Shown here: piece by piece, positions 26,915 to 35,634 of the stretch | Numbering within the stretch: position 1 is the stretch's first letter | Layout of the letters: the number at the start of each line of letters is the position of its first letter | Origin: Candidatus Parcubacteria bacterium | GTDB lineage: Bacteria > Patescibacteriota > Minisyncoccia > Sungbacterales > SURF-37 | DNA: 64,000 nt | Assembly (NCBI GenBank): GCA_003599755.1 | Contig: QZJO01000009.1 | Location: 86,140 to 150,139, forward strand | Direction of reading: 5' to 3' | Translations under genes and position numbers: made by a program | Notes under the pieces: generated by a model | Seen by the model: the letters and a program-made list of their open reading frames with translations, nothing else | Told to the model about the DNA's origin: nothing | Databases searched by the model: none

Positions 26915-29659
26915 CTATTTCACCGCCATCAGCCGCTGATGCTCCTCGGTACTCAGATCTCCGCATTTTTTATATTTCTTCCCGCTGCCGCACGGACAAA
27001 GATCATTGCGGCCCACGGGCGCTTTTTTCGGCACCGACGCATGGGCAACCGCGCGCCTTGCCCGTCCGGCCCGCGTTTTCGGAACGGCAACGGCCGCGGG
27101 TGCTTGCTCTGCGTCTTTGGCCGAATGAAACTCCAAATGCGCCGGCTGATCGGCCGCCGCAAGACGAATCACGCCCGGCGCCTGGCGGGACTGCAGCGCC
27201 TTGAACAACGTTGCCGCGATCTGCGCGCGGATGCTTGCCTGCAGCTCGCGGAACAATCGCACGCCCTCGTGCTTGTATTCCACGAGCGGATCGCGCTGGC
27301 CATAGGCCCGCAGCCGCACCGAGTCGCGCAGATGCTCCATTTGGTCCAAGTGATCCATCCAAAGCATGTCGATGGACTGGAGCGTCACGATCTTCGCGAT
27401 CTGGCGCGCCTCGGCCTGGCCGAGGCGTTTTTCTTCGGTCTCGAACAGCAAACGAAACGTCTCGGCTAGAAAGCGGATCATCTCCGCGCGGCGGTCAGTG
27501 GCCGGCAAATTTTGTCCGGCAATACGGGTAAGCTCTTCGGCGATCGTGTCGGCGGTCGCACCCATAGCACGAACGCTTTCGACGATCTCGGTGATATTCC
27601 AGGATGCCGCATCGTCATCAGCCGCGTGAAAAGAAACCAGCCGCTCGATTTCTTCATGCACCATCTCAAAAAGATCCGCCACGAGCTTGCCGGACGAGTC
27701 CGCGGCGGCTTCGAGCACGCCGCGGCGCAAGCGATACGCGTACTCGCGCTGCTTCGTCATCACGTCGTCGAATTCGAGGATGTGCTTGCGCGCGTCGAAA
27801 TGGAATCCTTCGATCTTGGCTTGCGCGGATTCGATCGACTTGGAGACCAGACGATGTTCGATGGGCTGATCTTCAGGAATGCCGAGCGTCTCCATGAGCG
27901 ATTTGATGCGATCCGAACCGAAGATGCGCATAAGGTCGTCTTCCAAAGAAAGGAAGAACTGGGACGAACCCGGATCGCCCTGGCGCCCCGCGCGCCCCCG
28001 GAGCTGGTTGTCGATGCGCCGCGCCTCGTGCCGCTCGGTGCCGATAACATGCAATCCTCCCGCCGCGCGGACTTCGTCCGCTTCGCGGGACTCGGGCGGA
28101 TTGCCGCCGAGAATGATATCCACCCCGCGACCCGCCATGTTCGTCGCGATGGTAACCGCGCCCCTGCGGCCGGCCTGCGCGATGATCAACGCCTCTTGCT
28201 CGTGATTCTTGGCGTTGAGCACCTGGTGCGCAATTCCCTCGCGCCGCAAGTACTCGGCGAGCCGCTCGTTTTTTGCGATGGATACGGTGCCAATCAACAC
28301 GGGCTGGCCGCGCTCGTGACGCGCTTTGACTTCGCGGGCGATTGCCGAGAATTTGCCGTGCTCGGTCTTGAAAATGAGATCAGCCCGATCTTCGCGGACC
28401 ATCGGCCGATTCGTCGGAATCGGCATCACTTCCATTCTGTAGACCTTATGGAACTCCTCGGCCGAGGTCATGGCGGTGCCGGTCATGCCGCCGAGCTTCC
28501 GATAAAGCCGGAAATAGTTCTGGAACGTGATCGTCGCGAGCGTGCGCGATTCCTGCTGCACGCGCACGCCTTCCTTGGCTTCGATGGCCTGATGCAGGCC
28601 GTCGGACCAGCGCCGGCCGGGCATGAGACGGCCGGTGAATTCATCCACAATGATCACCTCGCCCTCTTTGACGACGTAATCGCGATCGCGCTTAAACAGG
28701 GCTTGGGCCCGTAGCGCCTGCTCGAGGTAGCGAACGTAGCGGAATCCTTTTTCTTCGTAAATGTTCGCGACACCAAGGAGCTTTTCGATCTTGTCGATAC
28801 CGGCCTCGGTGATGGTCACGGCCTTGAACTTCTCGTCCACGTTATAGTCCTCGCTCTCGACCAGCGCAGGGGTCAGGCGAGCGAACGTATGGTAGGAGTC
28901 GGCAGCTTCGATATCGGGCGCGGATATGATCAGCGGCGTGCGCGCCTCGTCGATGAGGATCGAGTCCACTTCGTCCACGATCGCGTAATAGTGCGCGCGC
29001 TGCACGACCCGATCCAAGTCCGGCGCCATATTGTCGCGTAAATAATCAAACCCGAATTCGTTGTTCGTGCCATAGGTGATGTCGGCGGCATACGCGTCGC
29101 GCCGGCTGACCGGCCGAAAATGGTCCAGGCGGTCATCGCCGTGTGACGGCGCCTCGGTGAACGACGCGTCATAGATGCCGGAAAAATCGTGCGCGATCAC
29201 GCCCGTCGTCATGCCCAGACGCGCGTACACCGGCCCCATCCACCCCGCGCCGACCCGGGAAAGATAGTCGTTGGGCGTCACCAGGTGCGCGCCGTTGCCG
29301 GCCAACGCGTTCAGATAGAGCGGTAACGTGGCGACCAAAGTCTTCCCTTCTCCGGTACGCATCTCTGCGATCGCGCCCCGGTGCAGCGCAATGCCGCCCA
29401 AAAGCTGCACGTCGAAATGCCGCTGGCCGATGGCGCGGCGCGCCGCTTCGCGCACCGCGGCAAATGCTTCGGGAAGTAATTGGTCGAGCGTCTCGCCGTT
29501 CGCGAGCCGGCTGCGAAATTCCTCGGTTTTTTTCGAAAGATCGCCGTCGGAAAGATTCTGGAACGCGGGTTCCAGGGCATTGATGCGGTCCACGATCGGC
29601 TGAAATGAGCCGATCGCTCGGCTATTGGGGTCGCCGAACAGTTTTGAGAAAAATCCCAT
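26915..29659 (-). CDS. secA: Preprotein translocase subunit SecA
   Basis: EMRTGEGKT, IVDEVDSILIDEARTPLIIS, TNMAGRG, QLRGRAGRQGDPG and SEC-C CPCGSGKKYKKC. Confidence 0.98.
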   Translation of the reverse strand: MGFFSKLFGDPNSRAIGSFQPIVDRINALEPAFQNLSDGDLSKKTEEFRSRLANGETLDQLLPEAFAAVREAARRAIGQRHFDVQLLGGIALHRGAIAEMRTGEGKTLVATLPLYLNALAGNGAHLVTPNDYLSRVGAGWMGPVYARLGMTTGVIAHDFSGIYDASFTEAPSHGDDRLDHFRPVSRRDAYAADITYGTNNEFGFDYLRDNMAPDLDRVVQRAHYYAIVDEVDSILIDEARTPLIISAPDIEAADSYHTFARLTPALVESEDYNVDEKFKAVTITEAGIDKIEKLLGVANIYEEKGFRYVRYLEQALRAQALFKRDRDYVVKEGEVIIVDEFTGRLMPGRRWSDGLHQAIEAKEGVRVQQESRTLATITFQNYFRLYRKLGGMTGTAMTSAEEFHKVYRMEVMPIPTNRPMVREDRADLIFKTEHGKFSAIAREVKARHERGQPVLIGTVSIAKNERLAEYLRREGIAHQVLNAKNHEQEALIIAQAGRRGAVTIATNMAGRGVDIILGGNPPESREADEVRAAGGLHVIGTERHEARRIDNQLRGRAGRQGDPGSSQFFLSLEDDLMRIFGSDRIKSLMETLGIPEDQPIEHRLVSKSIESAQAKIEGFHFDARKHILEFDDVMTKQREYAYRLRRGVLEAAADSSGKLVADLFEMVHEEIERLVSFHAADDDAASWNITEIVESVRAMGATADTIAEELTRIAGQNLPATDRRAEMIRFLAETFRLLFETEEKRLGQAEARQIAKIVTLQSIDMLWMDHLDQMEHLRDSVRLRAYGQRDPLVEYKHEGVRLFRELQASIRAQIAATLFKALQSRQAPGVIRLAAADQPAHLEFHSAKDAEQAPAAVAVPKTRAGRARRAVAHASVPKKAPVGRNDLCPCGSGKKYKKCGDLSTEEHQRLMAVK

Positions 29660-29773
29660 TGATTCGCAAAAAGCCACGCCATTGTAGCGCAGCAAATCCG
29701 TATTGACAACGGCAAACGGGCGCGCGAGGGTAAGCACCAGCGAAGCGTTCATTCAACCCCGAAGGAGGATACG

Positions 29774-30733
29774 GTGGCGATCAACGACATCGGCCGGAAA
29801 CACAATGATATCGACTACAAGAAGGGAATCATCTGGGACCGCTGCGATGAGGGCCGCGAGACCGGCCACCGCTACATCGCCATCTACGCGCATGAGATGA
29901 GCCGGATGCAGGAGATCGTGCTCCTCCGGCTCGCCCGCTTCGGCGATTCCCTGTGGCTGCGCACGCTGGACGGCAAAGACCACCTCTGGCCCCAGTACGC
30001 CTGGGCCGACGAGCACCACTTCCACCAGCTCCAGGCGCTGCTGCCCTGCCTCCAGCACCGGCGGCCCAAGCGCGTCCTCATTCTCGGCGGTGGGGACTTT
30101 CTCGCCGCGTGGCGCGCGACCATGGTCAAGTCCGTCGAACACGCGAAGATCGCCGACTGGGATCCGCGCCTCAGTGAGCTTGTGCTCAAGCATCAGCCGT
30201 GGGTCGAAGCGACCGGCACGCACAAGCGCGTGGAATGGGGCGAGCCGGTCGACGTGCGGAAATTCCTGCCCCGCAACCAGGACGAGCAATGGGACGTGAT
30301 CATCGGCGACCTCACGGACCTGACGGCAATGAACACGCTCGTGCCTGACTTCGCCGAGCATGTCTTTCGCATCCTGAAGCCCGGCGGCGTATTCTCCACG
30401 CAGGCCGGATCCCTGTCGGTTGCGCCGGGATCCACCCACGGCCTCCGCGACGGCATCGCAGCGCTCAAGAAAGCGTTCCGCGTGGGTACGAAAAACGGTG
30501 GCCGCGTGGAGGTGCTCTGGTGGCCAATCGAGTCGTTCAGCTACCCCCAGGCCTTTGTGCAGGCCTGGAAGGAGCAGCGGATGCTGCCCGCATGTCCGAC
30601 TGCCCAGACGATCTGGCGCCGCTGCAGCGTCACCGAGCTCAAGAGCGACCGTCCGTTTCTGAACGCCGAGATCGCAGCCCGCGCCTTTGCCGTTCCGCTG
30701 GAGTTTCAGCGGTGGCTCGGCCTCGCCTCCTAA
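29774..30733 (+). CDS. Divergent aminopropyltransferase (spermidine synthase family)
   Basis: S.MQEI...RFG..L..LDG, PKRVLILGGGD, WDVIIGDLTD and LKPGGV..TQAGS; GAAGGAGG SD. Confidence 0.8.
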   Translation: MAINDIGRKHNDIDYKKGIIWDRCDEGRETGHRYIAIYAHEMSRMQEIVLLRLARFGDSLWLRTLDGKDHLWPQYAWADEHHFHQLQALLPCLQHRRPKRVLILGGGDFLAAWRATMVKSVEHAKIADWDPRLSELVLKHQPWVEATGTHKRVEWGEPVDVRKFLPRNQDEQWDVIIGDLTDLTAMNTLVPDFAEHVFRILKPGGVFSTQAGSLSVAPGSTHGLRDGIAALKKAFRVGTKNGGRVEVLWWPIESFSYPQAFVQAWKEQRMLPACPTAQTIWRRCSVTELKSDRPFLNAEIAARAFAVPLEFQRWLGLAS

Positions 30734-30745
30734 AATAGCCGATGC

Positions 30746-30783
30746 GCGCCGCTCCCGAGCCCGGGAGCGGCGCTGTTGTTTTT
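30746..30783 (+). terminator. Intrinsic terminator
   Basis: gcgccgctcccg/cgggagcggcgc followed by tgttgttttt. Confidence 0.7.
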
Positions 30784-30878
30784 AATTAAGAAAACGCCGC
30801 GAGAGGAAACTCACTCTCGCGGCGCTGGATCGGCCTCGCCGATCTTGAGTCAACCACCGTGGCGACGATCCGTGCTCG

Positions 30879-31340
30879 CTACGACGGCGTGGCAGCGGTT
30901 TGACCCCGCTGAAGCGTGGGCGATGGGGCCACCGGATTCGCCGGCACCGGCGAAGGATCAGCCGGCGGCTGCTTGTGGGGCCGTGGAGGTCCCATGAACA
31001 TGCCGCGCCGCAGTTCGACGACAGACGTGCGTTCGGCGCCGAACTGCTCGATAAGGAAGTTTGCTGCGATCTCCGGCTGCAGCACGTCGCCGCAAGAGAA
31101 GACATCCACCGCGGCGTAGCAGTACTCGGGCCATGTATGGATCGCCAGATGCGACTCGGCGATTACCACTACCCCGCTGATGCCGAAGGGGTTGAACTCG
31201 TGGAACACGACATCCACGATGGTGGCCTGTGCGCGCTTGGCCGCTTCGACGAGGGCACCTTTCACGCCCTCGAGGTCCGTGATCGCCCCGCGATCGCAGT
31301 CGAACAGTTCCAGCAACAGGTGCCGTCCCAGTGCGTTCAC
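30879..31340 (-). CDS. speD: S-adenosylmethionine decarboxylase proenzyme (class 1b)
   Basis: LGRHLLLELFDC, FHEF.P.GISGVVVIAESHLAIHTWPE and AAVDVFSCG. Confidence 0.93.
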   Translation of the reverse strand: MNALGRHLLLELFDCDRGAITDLEGVKGALVEAAKRAQATIVDVVFHEFNPFGISGVVVIAESHLAIHTWPEYCYAAVDVFSCGDVLQPEIAANFLIEQFGAERTSVVELRRGMFMGPPRPHKQPPADPSPVPANPVAPSPTLQRGQTAATPS

Positions 31341-31409
31341 CCTTCACACCTCCCTTCGGCACCGCGTGGCGCCGTTACGAAAGAGCTTGCCGCGCCCCCG
31401 CGGCTCAGG

Positions 31410-31841
31410 TCACGCGATATTCGCGTGCGGGTATTCGGTCCCTCGGACCACGATATTGGTTTCAACCTTCCGGATGCCGAATACCTTCCGGAAGTAGCTG
31501 ATCACGGGTGTGGTGTTGAAATTCCGGCAGGAATAGACATCGATGCTGACGAACCGCCGGCGCGGAAACGTATGTACGCTGATGTGCGATTCTTGGATCA
31601 TCACGAATCCCGAGAATCCCCCGGGATCTTTCTTATCGTTCCCGGCCGCCTCGACGACGTAGGGCGGGCAGAGCGGATGCATGCGCATGCGCAACGGCAA
31701 TTCGGCCAGCGAACGCGCCACCAGCGCAAAGTCATTAAGTTTCTTGAAATCACAAAAATAGCCATCCAGGGTCAGATGGAGTCCGAAATTCTTCGTGGTT
31801 TTCCGATTGTCTGCCCGACGCTTCAGGCCGTTTCGTTTCAA
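31410..31841 (-). CDS. Second AdoMetDC-family pyruvoyl decarboxylase
   Basis: FGLHLTLDGY.C and GFSGFVMIQESHISVHTFP...FVSIDVYSC. Confidence 0.88.
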   Translation of the reverse strand: MKRNGLKRRADNRKTTKNFGLHLTLDGYFCDFKKLNDFALVARSLAELPLRMRMHPLCPPYVVEAAGNDKKDPGGFSGFVMIQESHISVHTFPRRRFVSIDVYSCRNFNTTPVISYFRKVFGIRKVETNIVVRGTEYPHANIA

Positions 31842-31860
31842 CTGAGAATGAACGCGCTCG

Positions 31861-32277
31861 TCAGATACTCTCGTCCCGTATCCGTCCTTCTCGGTAGAGG
31901 CGCGCCGCGCGAGAAAGATGGAGATCCTTCTTCGCGCGCCGCGCTCCGCGGAGCAACCGCGATCGTGAGCGCTCTTTCACCTTGGTAATATCCCGCTTCA
32001 AGATATCCGCGAGCCCATCGATCGCCGCATGGATATCTTCGGCGTCAGCCCGCTGCCAAAGTTGTTTCTGCGGCAACTTGCAGTTCGCGGCCGCGGACCA
32101 CACGATTCCCTTGCGATGATGGCGCGTGTCGCGTATCAACTCGAGTTCGAGTACGGCAGCGGCATACGCCGGATCGCGGCCGAGAAGTTTGGCCACCGGT
32201 TCGACGATCTTTTCGCCGACGTAGCGGCGAATACTCGGCGTCACGGTAAGGCCTACACCCTTTACCACGAGCTTCAT
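31861..32277 (-). CDS. hpf: Ribosome hibernation factor HPF/RaiA
   Basis: L.VTPSIRRYV.EKI, HHRKG and AEDIHAAID; TATAAT 6 nt before the ATG. Confidence 0.85.
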   Translation of the reverse strand: MKLVVKGVGLTVTPSIRRYVGEKIVEPVAKLLGRDPAYAAAVLELELIRDTRHHRKGIVWSAAANCKLPQKQLWQRADAEDIHAAIDGLADILKRDITKVKERSRSRLLRGARRAKKDLHLSRAARLYREGRIRDESI

Positions 32278-32312
32278 CGCCTGATTATAGGAATTTTTGT
32301 GCAACCCACAAG

Positions 32313-32321
32313 TGTGGATAA
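32313..32321. promoter_or_regulatory. DnaA-box consensus
   Basis: TGTGGATAA, 23 nt upstream of the hpf -10. Confidence 0.6.
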
Positions 32322-32411
32322 CTCAATTTGACCGTATAGAGCCGGATCGGCGGCCGTCCAAATATCCGTACGTCGCACGCGTCCGTACTCGACGAGGCGG
32401 CGCGCGGCAAA

Positions 32412-32442
32412 CATAAACGCCCCTCATCGAGGGGCGTTTATG
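32412..32442. terminator. Intrinsic terminator
   Basis: cataaacgcccctc/gaggggcgtttatg. Confidence 0.7.
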
Positions 32443-32460
32443 CGTAATGGCGAATCGCGG

Positions 32461-32523
32461 TTAGCGGCGGCGCTTCTTCCCGCCTTTCTTCGCCTTCTTC
32501 GCTGCTTTGCGGCGTCGTGCCAT
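32461..32523 (-). CDS. 20-aa Lys/Arg-rich peptide MARRRKAAKKAKKGGKKRRR
   Basis: Manual translation; own promoter upstream and terminator downstream. Confidence 0.7.
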   Translation of the reverse strand: MARRRKAAKKAKKGGKKRRR

Positions 32524-32656
32524 AGGTCAAAACGAGTTAACCGAACGATCGCGAATCCGCGAACCGTTCATTGATGCGGGTACCGACCGTGTACTCGCGT
32601 GATGCGCGCCCGCACTGCGGACGGCGCGAGCGAACCAATGTTCACTCACTCCATAA

Positions 32657-32694
32657 ATTGTAGTACATGACAAGTCGTTGACAACTGTGGATAA
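32657..32694 (-). promoter_or_regulatory. Sigma70 promoter with adjacent DnaA box
   Basis: TTATCCACA-g-TTGTCA-N16-TACAAT. Confidence 0.65.
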
Positions 32695-32784
32695 CTTTTA
32701 TTTCATCTGCAGGCCGTGCAGGCGGCCGAGCGAATGAAACCCGCCTAAATTTTTGAAAAACGTTAGGCGGGTGGAAATCCTATA

Positions 32785-33774
32785 TCACCCCCGTTTCGCC
32801 AGCGGCTCGCGCTCGGTGGCAGAATCTTCAAATCCGATATATCGAATTTCTTCTTCCAAGAAAATGCCGAACATGCGATGCACGCGCTCCTTTGCAAGCG
32901 CGATGAGCATGACGACGTCTTCGGCGCGCGCATTCCCGACATTGATAATAAAGTTGCCGTGGCGCTCTGAAATTTTTGCGCCGCCAATTTGGTATCCTTT
33001 GAGCCCCGCGCGATCGATCAAGAGCCCTGCTGCAATGCCGGGAACGGTTCCGGAGCGTCCTACATCCGGAAATTGCCGCAGCACGGCATCCTTGTCGATA
33101 TCGCGGCGCGTCCATGGAATATTTTTGAATGCACAGCCGGCCGTCTGCGCGCCGATATCTTGGCCCGCATGGCGCTTGAACGTGTAGGCGCGCACAAGCT
33201 CTTGGCCCCGAGCGGCATCACCCGGCTGCAACGCCAGGCGCGCCGCAAGCACGACCAGCTGCGGCGCGCGCTTGAACATACTGTCCCGGTATCCGAATGC
33301 GCATGCCGCGGCCGGCACATCGCGCGCCGCGCGGGCTTCGGTGTCGTATGCGAGAATCGATACCACGACATCTTTCATCTCGGAGCCGAAGCAGCCGGCA
33401 TTCCCCACGACCGATCCGCCGATGGTTCCGGGCACGCCGATCGCCCATTCAAACCCGCGGAGGCCATGCACCAACGTATCGGCGACGACGCGCGCCATCG
33501 AAACACCGGCATCGGCCTCGACAACGCCATTCTCGTGGCGAACGCCGCCGCCGACCGGATGGATGACCAGACCCGGAAATCCGGCATCGGAGACCAAAAC
33601 ATTCGATCCCGCGCCGAGAACCATCCACGGCACGCCGTGATCCTCAGCAAAGGAAAAAGCCGCGATCCATTGGTCGCGGGAATCAACGTCGGCGTAGAAC
33701 CGGGCCGGACCGCCGATGCGAAACACCGTATGCTTCGCCAGCGGCTCGTGCTCCTTGATATGCAAATCAGACAT
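32785..33774 (-). CDS. murB: UDP-N-acetylenolpyruvoylglucosamine reductase
   Basis: HT.FRIGGPA, LGAGSNVL, GVPGTIGG...NAG, FGYRDS.FK, AGC.FKN, SERHGNFIIN and LEEE. Confidence 0.96.
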   Translation of the reverse strand: MSDLHIKEHEPLAKHTVFRIGGPARFYADVDSRDQWIAAFSFAEDHGVPWMVLGAGSNVLVSDAGFPGLVIHPVGGGVRHENGVVEADAGVSMARVVADTLVHGLRGFEWAIGVPGTIGGSVVGNAGCFGSEMKDVVVSILAYDTEARAARDVPAAACAFGYRDSMFKRAPQLVVLAARLALQPGDAARGQELVRAYTFKRHAGQDIGAQTAGCAFKNIPWTRRDIDKDAVLRQFPDVGRSGTVPGIAAGLLIDRAGLKGYQIGGAKISERHGNFIINVGNARAEDVVMLIALAKERVHRMFGIFLEEEIRYIGFEDSATEREPLAKRG

Positions 33775-33819
33775 GTGCATGCAAAAACGGAGGCCTTGCA
33801 CGTTTCCTCACAAGGGCTA

Positions 33820-34110
33820 TGCAGGGGTAGACTCTCCGCCTGCTCCGCGCGGCGTATTCGGCGGATTGCTGTTTGCCTGCCCAGCACTTAGGCGAAGCCC
33901 ATAGTGCTGGGCATTTGCTTGCCCTCCCACCATTCCGCGTTCACGAGGGCTGCAGAGGGTGAACTCCAATTCTATTTGTCATTTGTGAGTGCCAGCTCTG
34001 CAACCCACCTCAAGGCGGAATGGCGGGAGGTTGAAAGTGCCTGTCCCTATGACCCATGCGGCAAGCGTGTCCATCATACGACGCAAGATCCGTCCTCGTC
34101 TTCCTACCCT
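33820..34110 (-). ncRNA. Candidate large multibranch structured RNA upstream of murB
   Basis: Closing helix, nested 16-bp and 11-bp stems with - strand G.U pairs, further hairpins; no credible ORF. Confidence 0.55.
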
Positions 34111-34211
34111 ATACCCGGCAGTACAACCCTTTATAAACCCTCTGTAAACTATTTTCCAATGTTTCCATACGAATAACCTTTACAGCGCGCCGCATTGTAC
34201 TGCCGGGTATA
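34110..34211 (-). repeat. Perfect 17-bp inverted repeat enclosing a bubble and apical stem
   Basis: tatacccggcagtacaa (34110-34126) / ttgtactgccgggtata (34195-34211). Confidence 0.85.
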
Positions 34212-34249
34212 CTCCCGAAAGGGGCCAGGGAACGCCCGAGCCGAAATAC

Positions 34250-34330
34250 AAACGTATAAAGCCCCGGAGAACCGGGGCTTTATACCGACAAATAGATGGA
34301 TCTTCCGGCGAACCGGAAGGTACACTCACA
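34250..34330 (-). ncRNA. Candidate small RNA (hairpin, 16-nt linker, terminator)
   Basis: TTGACA-N17-TACGGA at 34365-34337; cttccgg-UUCG-ccggaag; terminator gtataaagccccgg/ccggggctttatac. Confidence 0.4.
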
Positions 34331-34389
34331 TACTTATCCGTAGCAGACCGCTATGCCGCTGTCAAGGCCTCTCCTTCCACAAGCACCGG

Positions 34390-35571
34390 TCATTGGCCCT
34401 GGAGAAGCTTAATCTGATCCTGCAGTGCCTGGATTTGCGCTTGCAATTGTTGAACCATCGCAGGATCCGGCGTGCTGGACGGCGTCTCAGAGCTTGCTGC
34501 CGGAGTCGGCGTCGGCGCCGCGGATCCCATGAGCTCGTTCAGCTTGGCGCGGGTCTTCGGACCCACGATGCCGTAGCCGGGATCATCCGGTCCGGCGATG
34601 CCATGCCGTTCTTGGAAACGCTGAATCGCGCGCGTCGTTAGCGAACCGAAGTAACCGGTGACTAACCCCTCCGGATAGAGTTCCGTGTCTTGAGCGAGAA
34701 ACTGCTGTAATGCGGTTACCGCATCGCTTTGGCTGCCCTGAGCGAGCATTGCCGTGAACACGAATCCTGTGGATGCCGCCGCAGGCGGTGTCGCCGGAGT
34801 CGGGGTCGGCGCAGGAGCCGGAACGGTGGCGCCGCCAAATACCTCGATCAGTTTGGCGCGGGTCTGCGGACCAACACGACCGACTTGCGGCAGGCCTTGG
34901 CTGGCTTGGAACCGCCGCACTGCCGCCGCGGTCGCGGGACCGAAGTAACCGGTCACGAGGCCCTCGGGATAAAGCGCGGAATCCGTCGCGAGTAAGGCCT
35001 GGAGTTGCGCGACATCGTTGCCGTCATCGCCCGGATCCAAATCACGGGAGAAGATATCGAGAAGATTCGGGACCGACGCAGGCGCAGGTGCCGGGGTCGG
35101 CGCCGGAGTAGGCGTTGGCGCAGGTGCCGGAACCGGTGCGGGCGAGCCGCCTCCGCCGCCGCCCCCTCCTCCACCACCACCGCCACCACTGATGATGCCT
35201 CCGCCTCCGCCGCCACCCGAACTTGATGAGGTGCACTCAGTAGCCGTAGGCGTCAGCGTGAACGTTACTGAAGGCGAAATATTGCGCTCGAAGCGGACAG
35301 ACCAGGTTTCCCCGCAGGTTTCCGTCGCGGTCGGGGCATCCGAGTATGTAAGTTTGGTCGTATCCGGCGACGTGACCGTCAAGGTCTCGCCCTCACCCAT
35401 GGTTACCTGGATATTCTGGTCGGACACCGTAATAGAATTCACGTTCCCGCCGACCGTATAATTCTTGCCGCCGACCGGCGCGGTAATACCGATGTCCACC
35501 ACCGCAGCGGCGGCAATCGCTGGTGCCAAAACCAGTCCTGCGGCAATGCCGATAAGAAGATATCGCTTCAT
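34390..35571 (-). CDS. Secreted protein with two peptidoglycan-binding domains and Gly/Pro linkers
   Basis: Two LQ.LLA.D..LYPEGLVTGYFG..T..A..RFQ...G.VGP.TRAKL repeats; poly-Gly and (PA/PT)n tracts. Confidence 0.9.
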   Translation of the reverse strand: MKRYLLIGIAAGLVLAPAIAAAAVVDIGITAPVGGKNYTVGGNVNSITVSDQNIQVTMGEGETLTVTSPDTTKLTYSDAPTATETCGETWSVRFERNISPSVTFTLTPTATECTSSSSGGGGGGGIISGGGGGGGGGGGGGGSPAPVPAPAPTPTPAPTPAPAPASVPNLLDIFSRDLDPGDDGNDVAQLQALLATDSALYPEGLVTGYFGPATAAAVRRFQASQGLPQVGRVGPQTRAKLIEVFGGATVPAPAPTPTPATPPAAASTGFVFTAMLAQGSQSDAVTALQQFLAQDTELYPEGLVTGYFGSLTTRAIQRFQERHGIAGPDDPGYGIVGPKTRAKLNELMGSAAPTPTPAASSETPSSTPDPAMVQQLQAQIQALQDQIKLLQGQ

Positions 35572-35634
35572 ACTATGCGCGGATGCCGGACACGAGAGAT
35601 GCCGGCCGGCAACCGCAAAAGGAATTACCGCAGA

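Noticed and set aside
32281-32700. oriC
   Set aside because: Only two consensus DnaA boxes, 370 nt apart, each tied to a promoter; no unwinding element or dnaA/dnaN nearby.
33820-34110. RNase P, tmRNA, SRP, T-box or type I toxin mRNA
   Set aside because: Lacks GAGGAAAGUCC, tRNA-like ends, the SRP helix-8 motif and the T-box bulge; internal small ORFs (e.g. MMDTLAAWVIGTGTFN...) have no full TM helix.
35090-35220. CCG/CCA triplet and PA/PT repeats as a DNA element
   Set aside because: Explained by poly-Gly and Pro-rich linkers of the peptidoglycan-binding protein.
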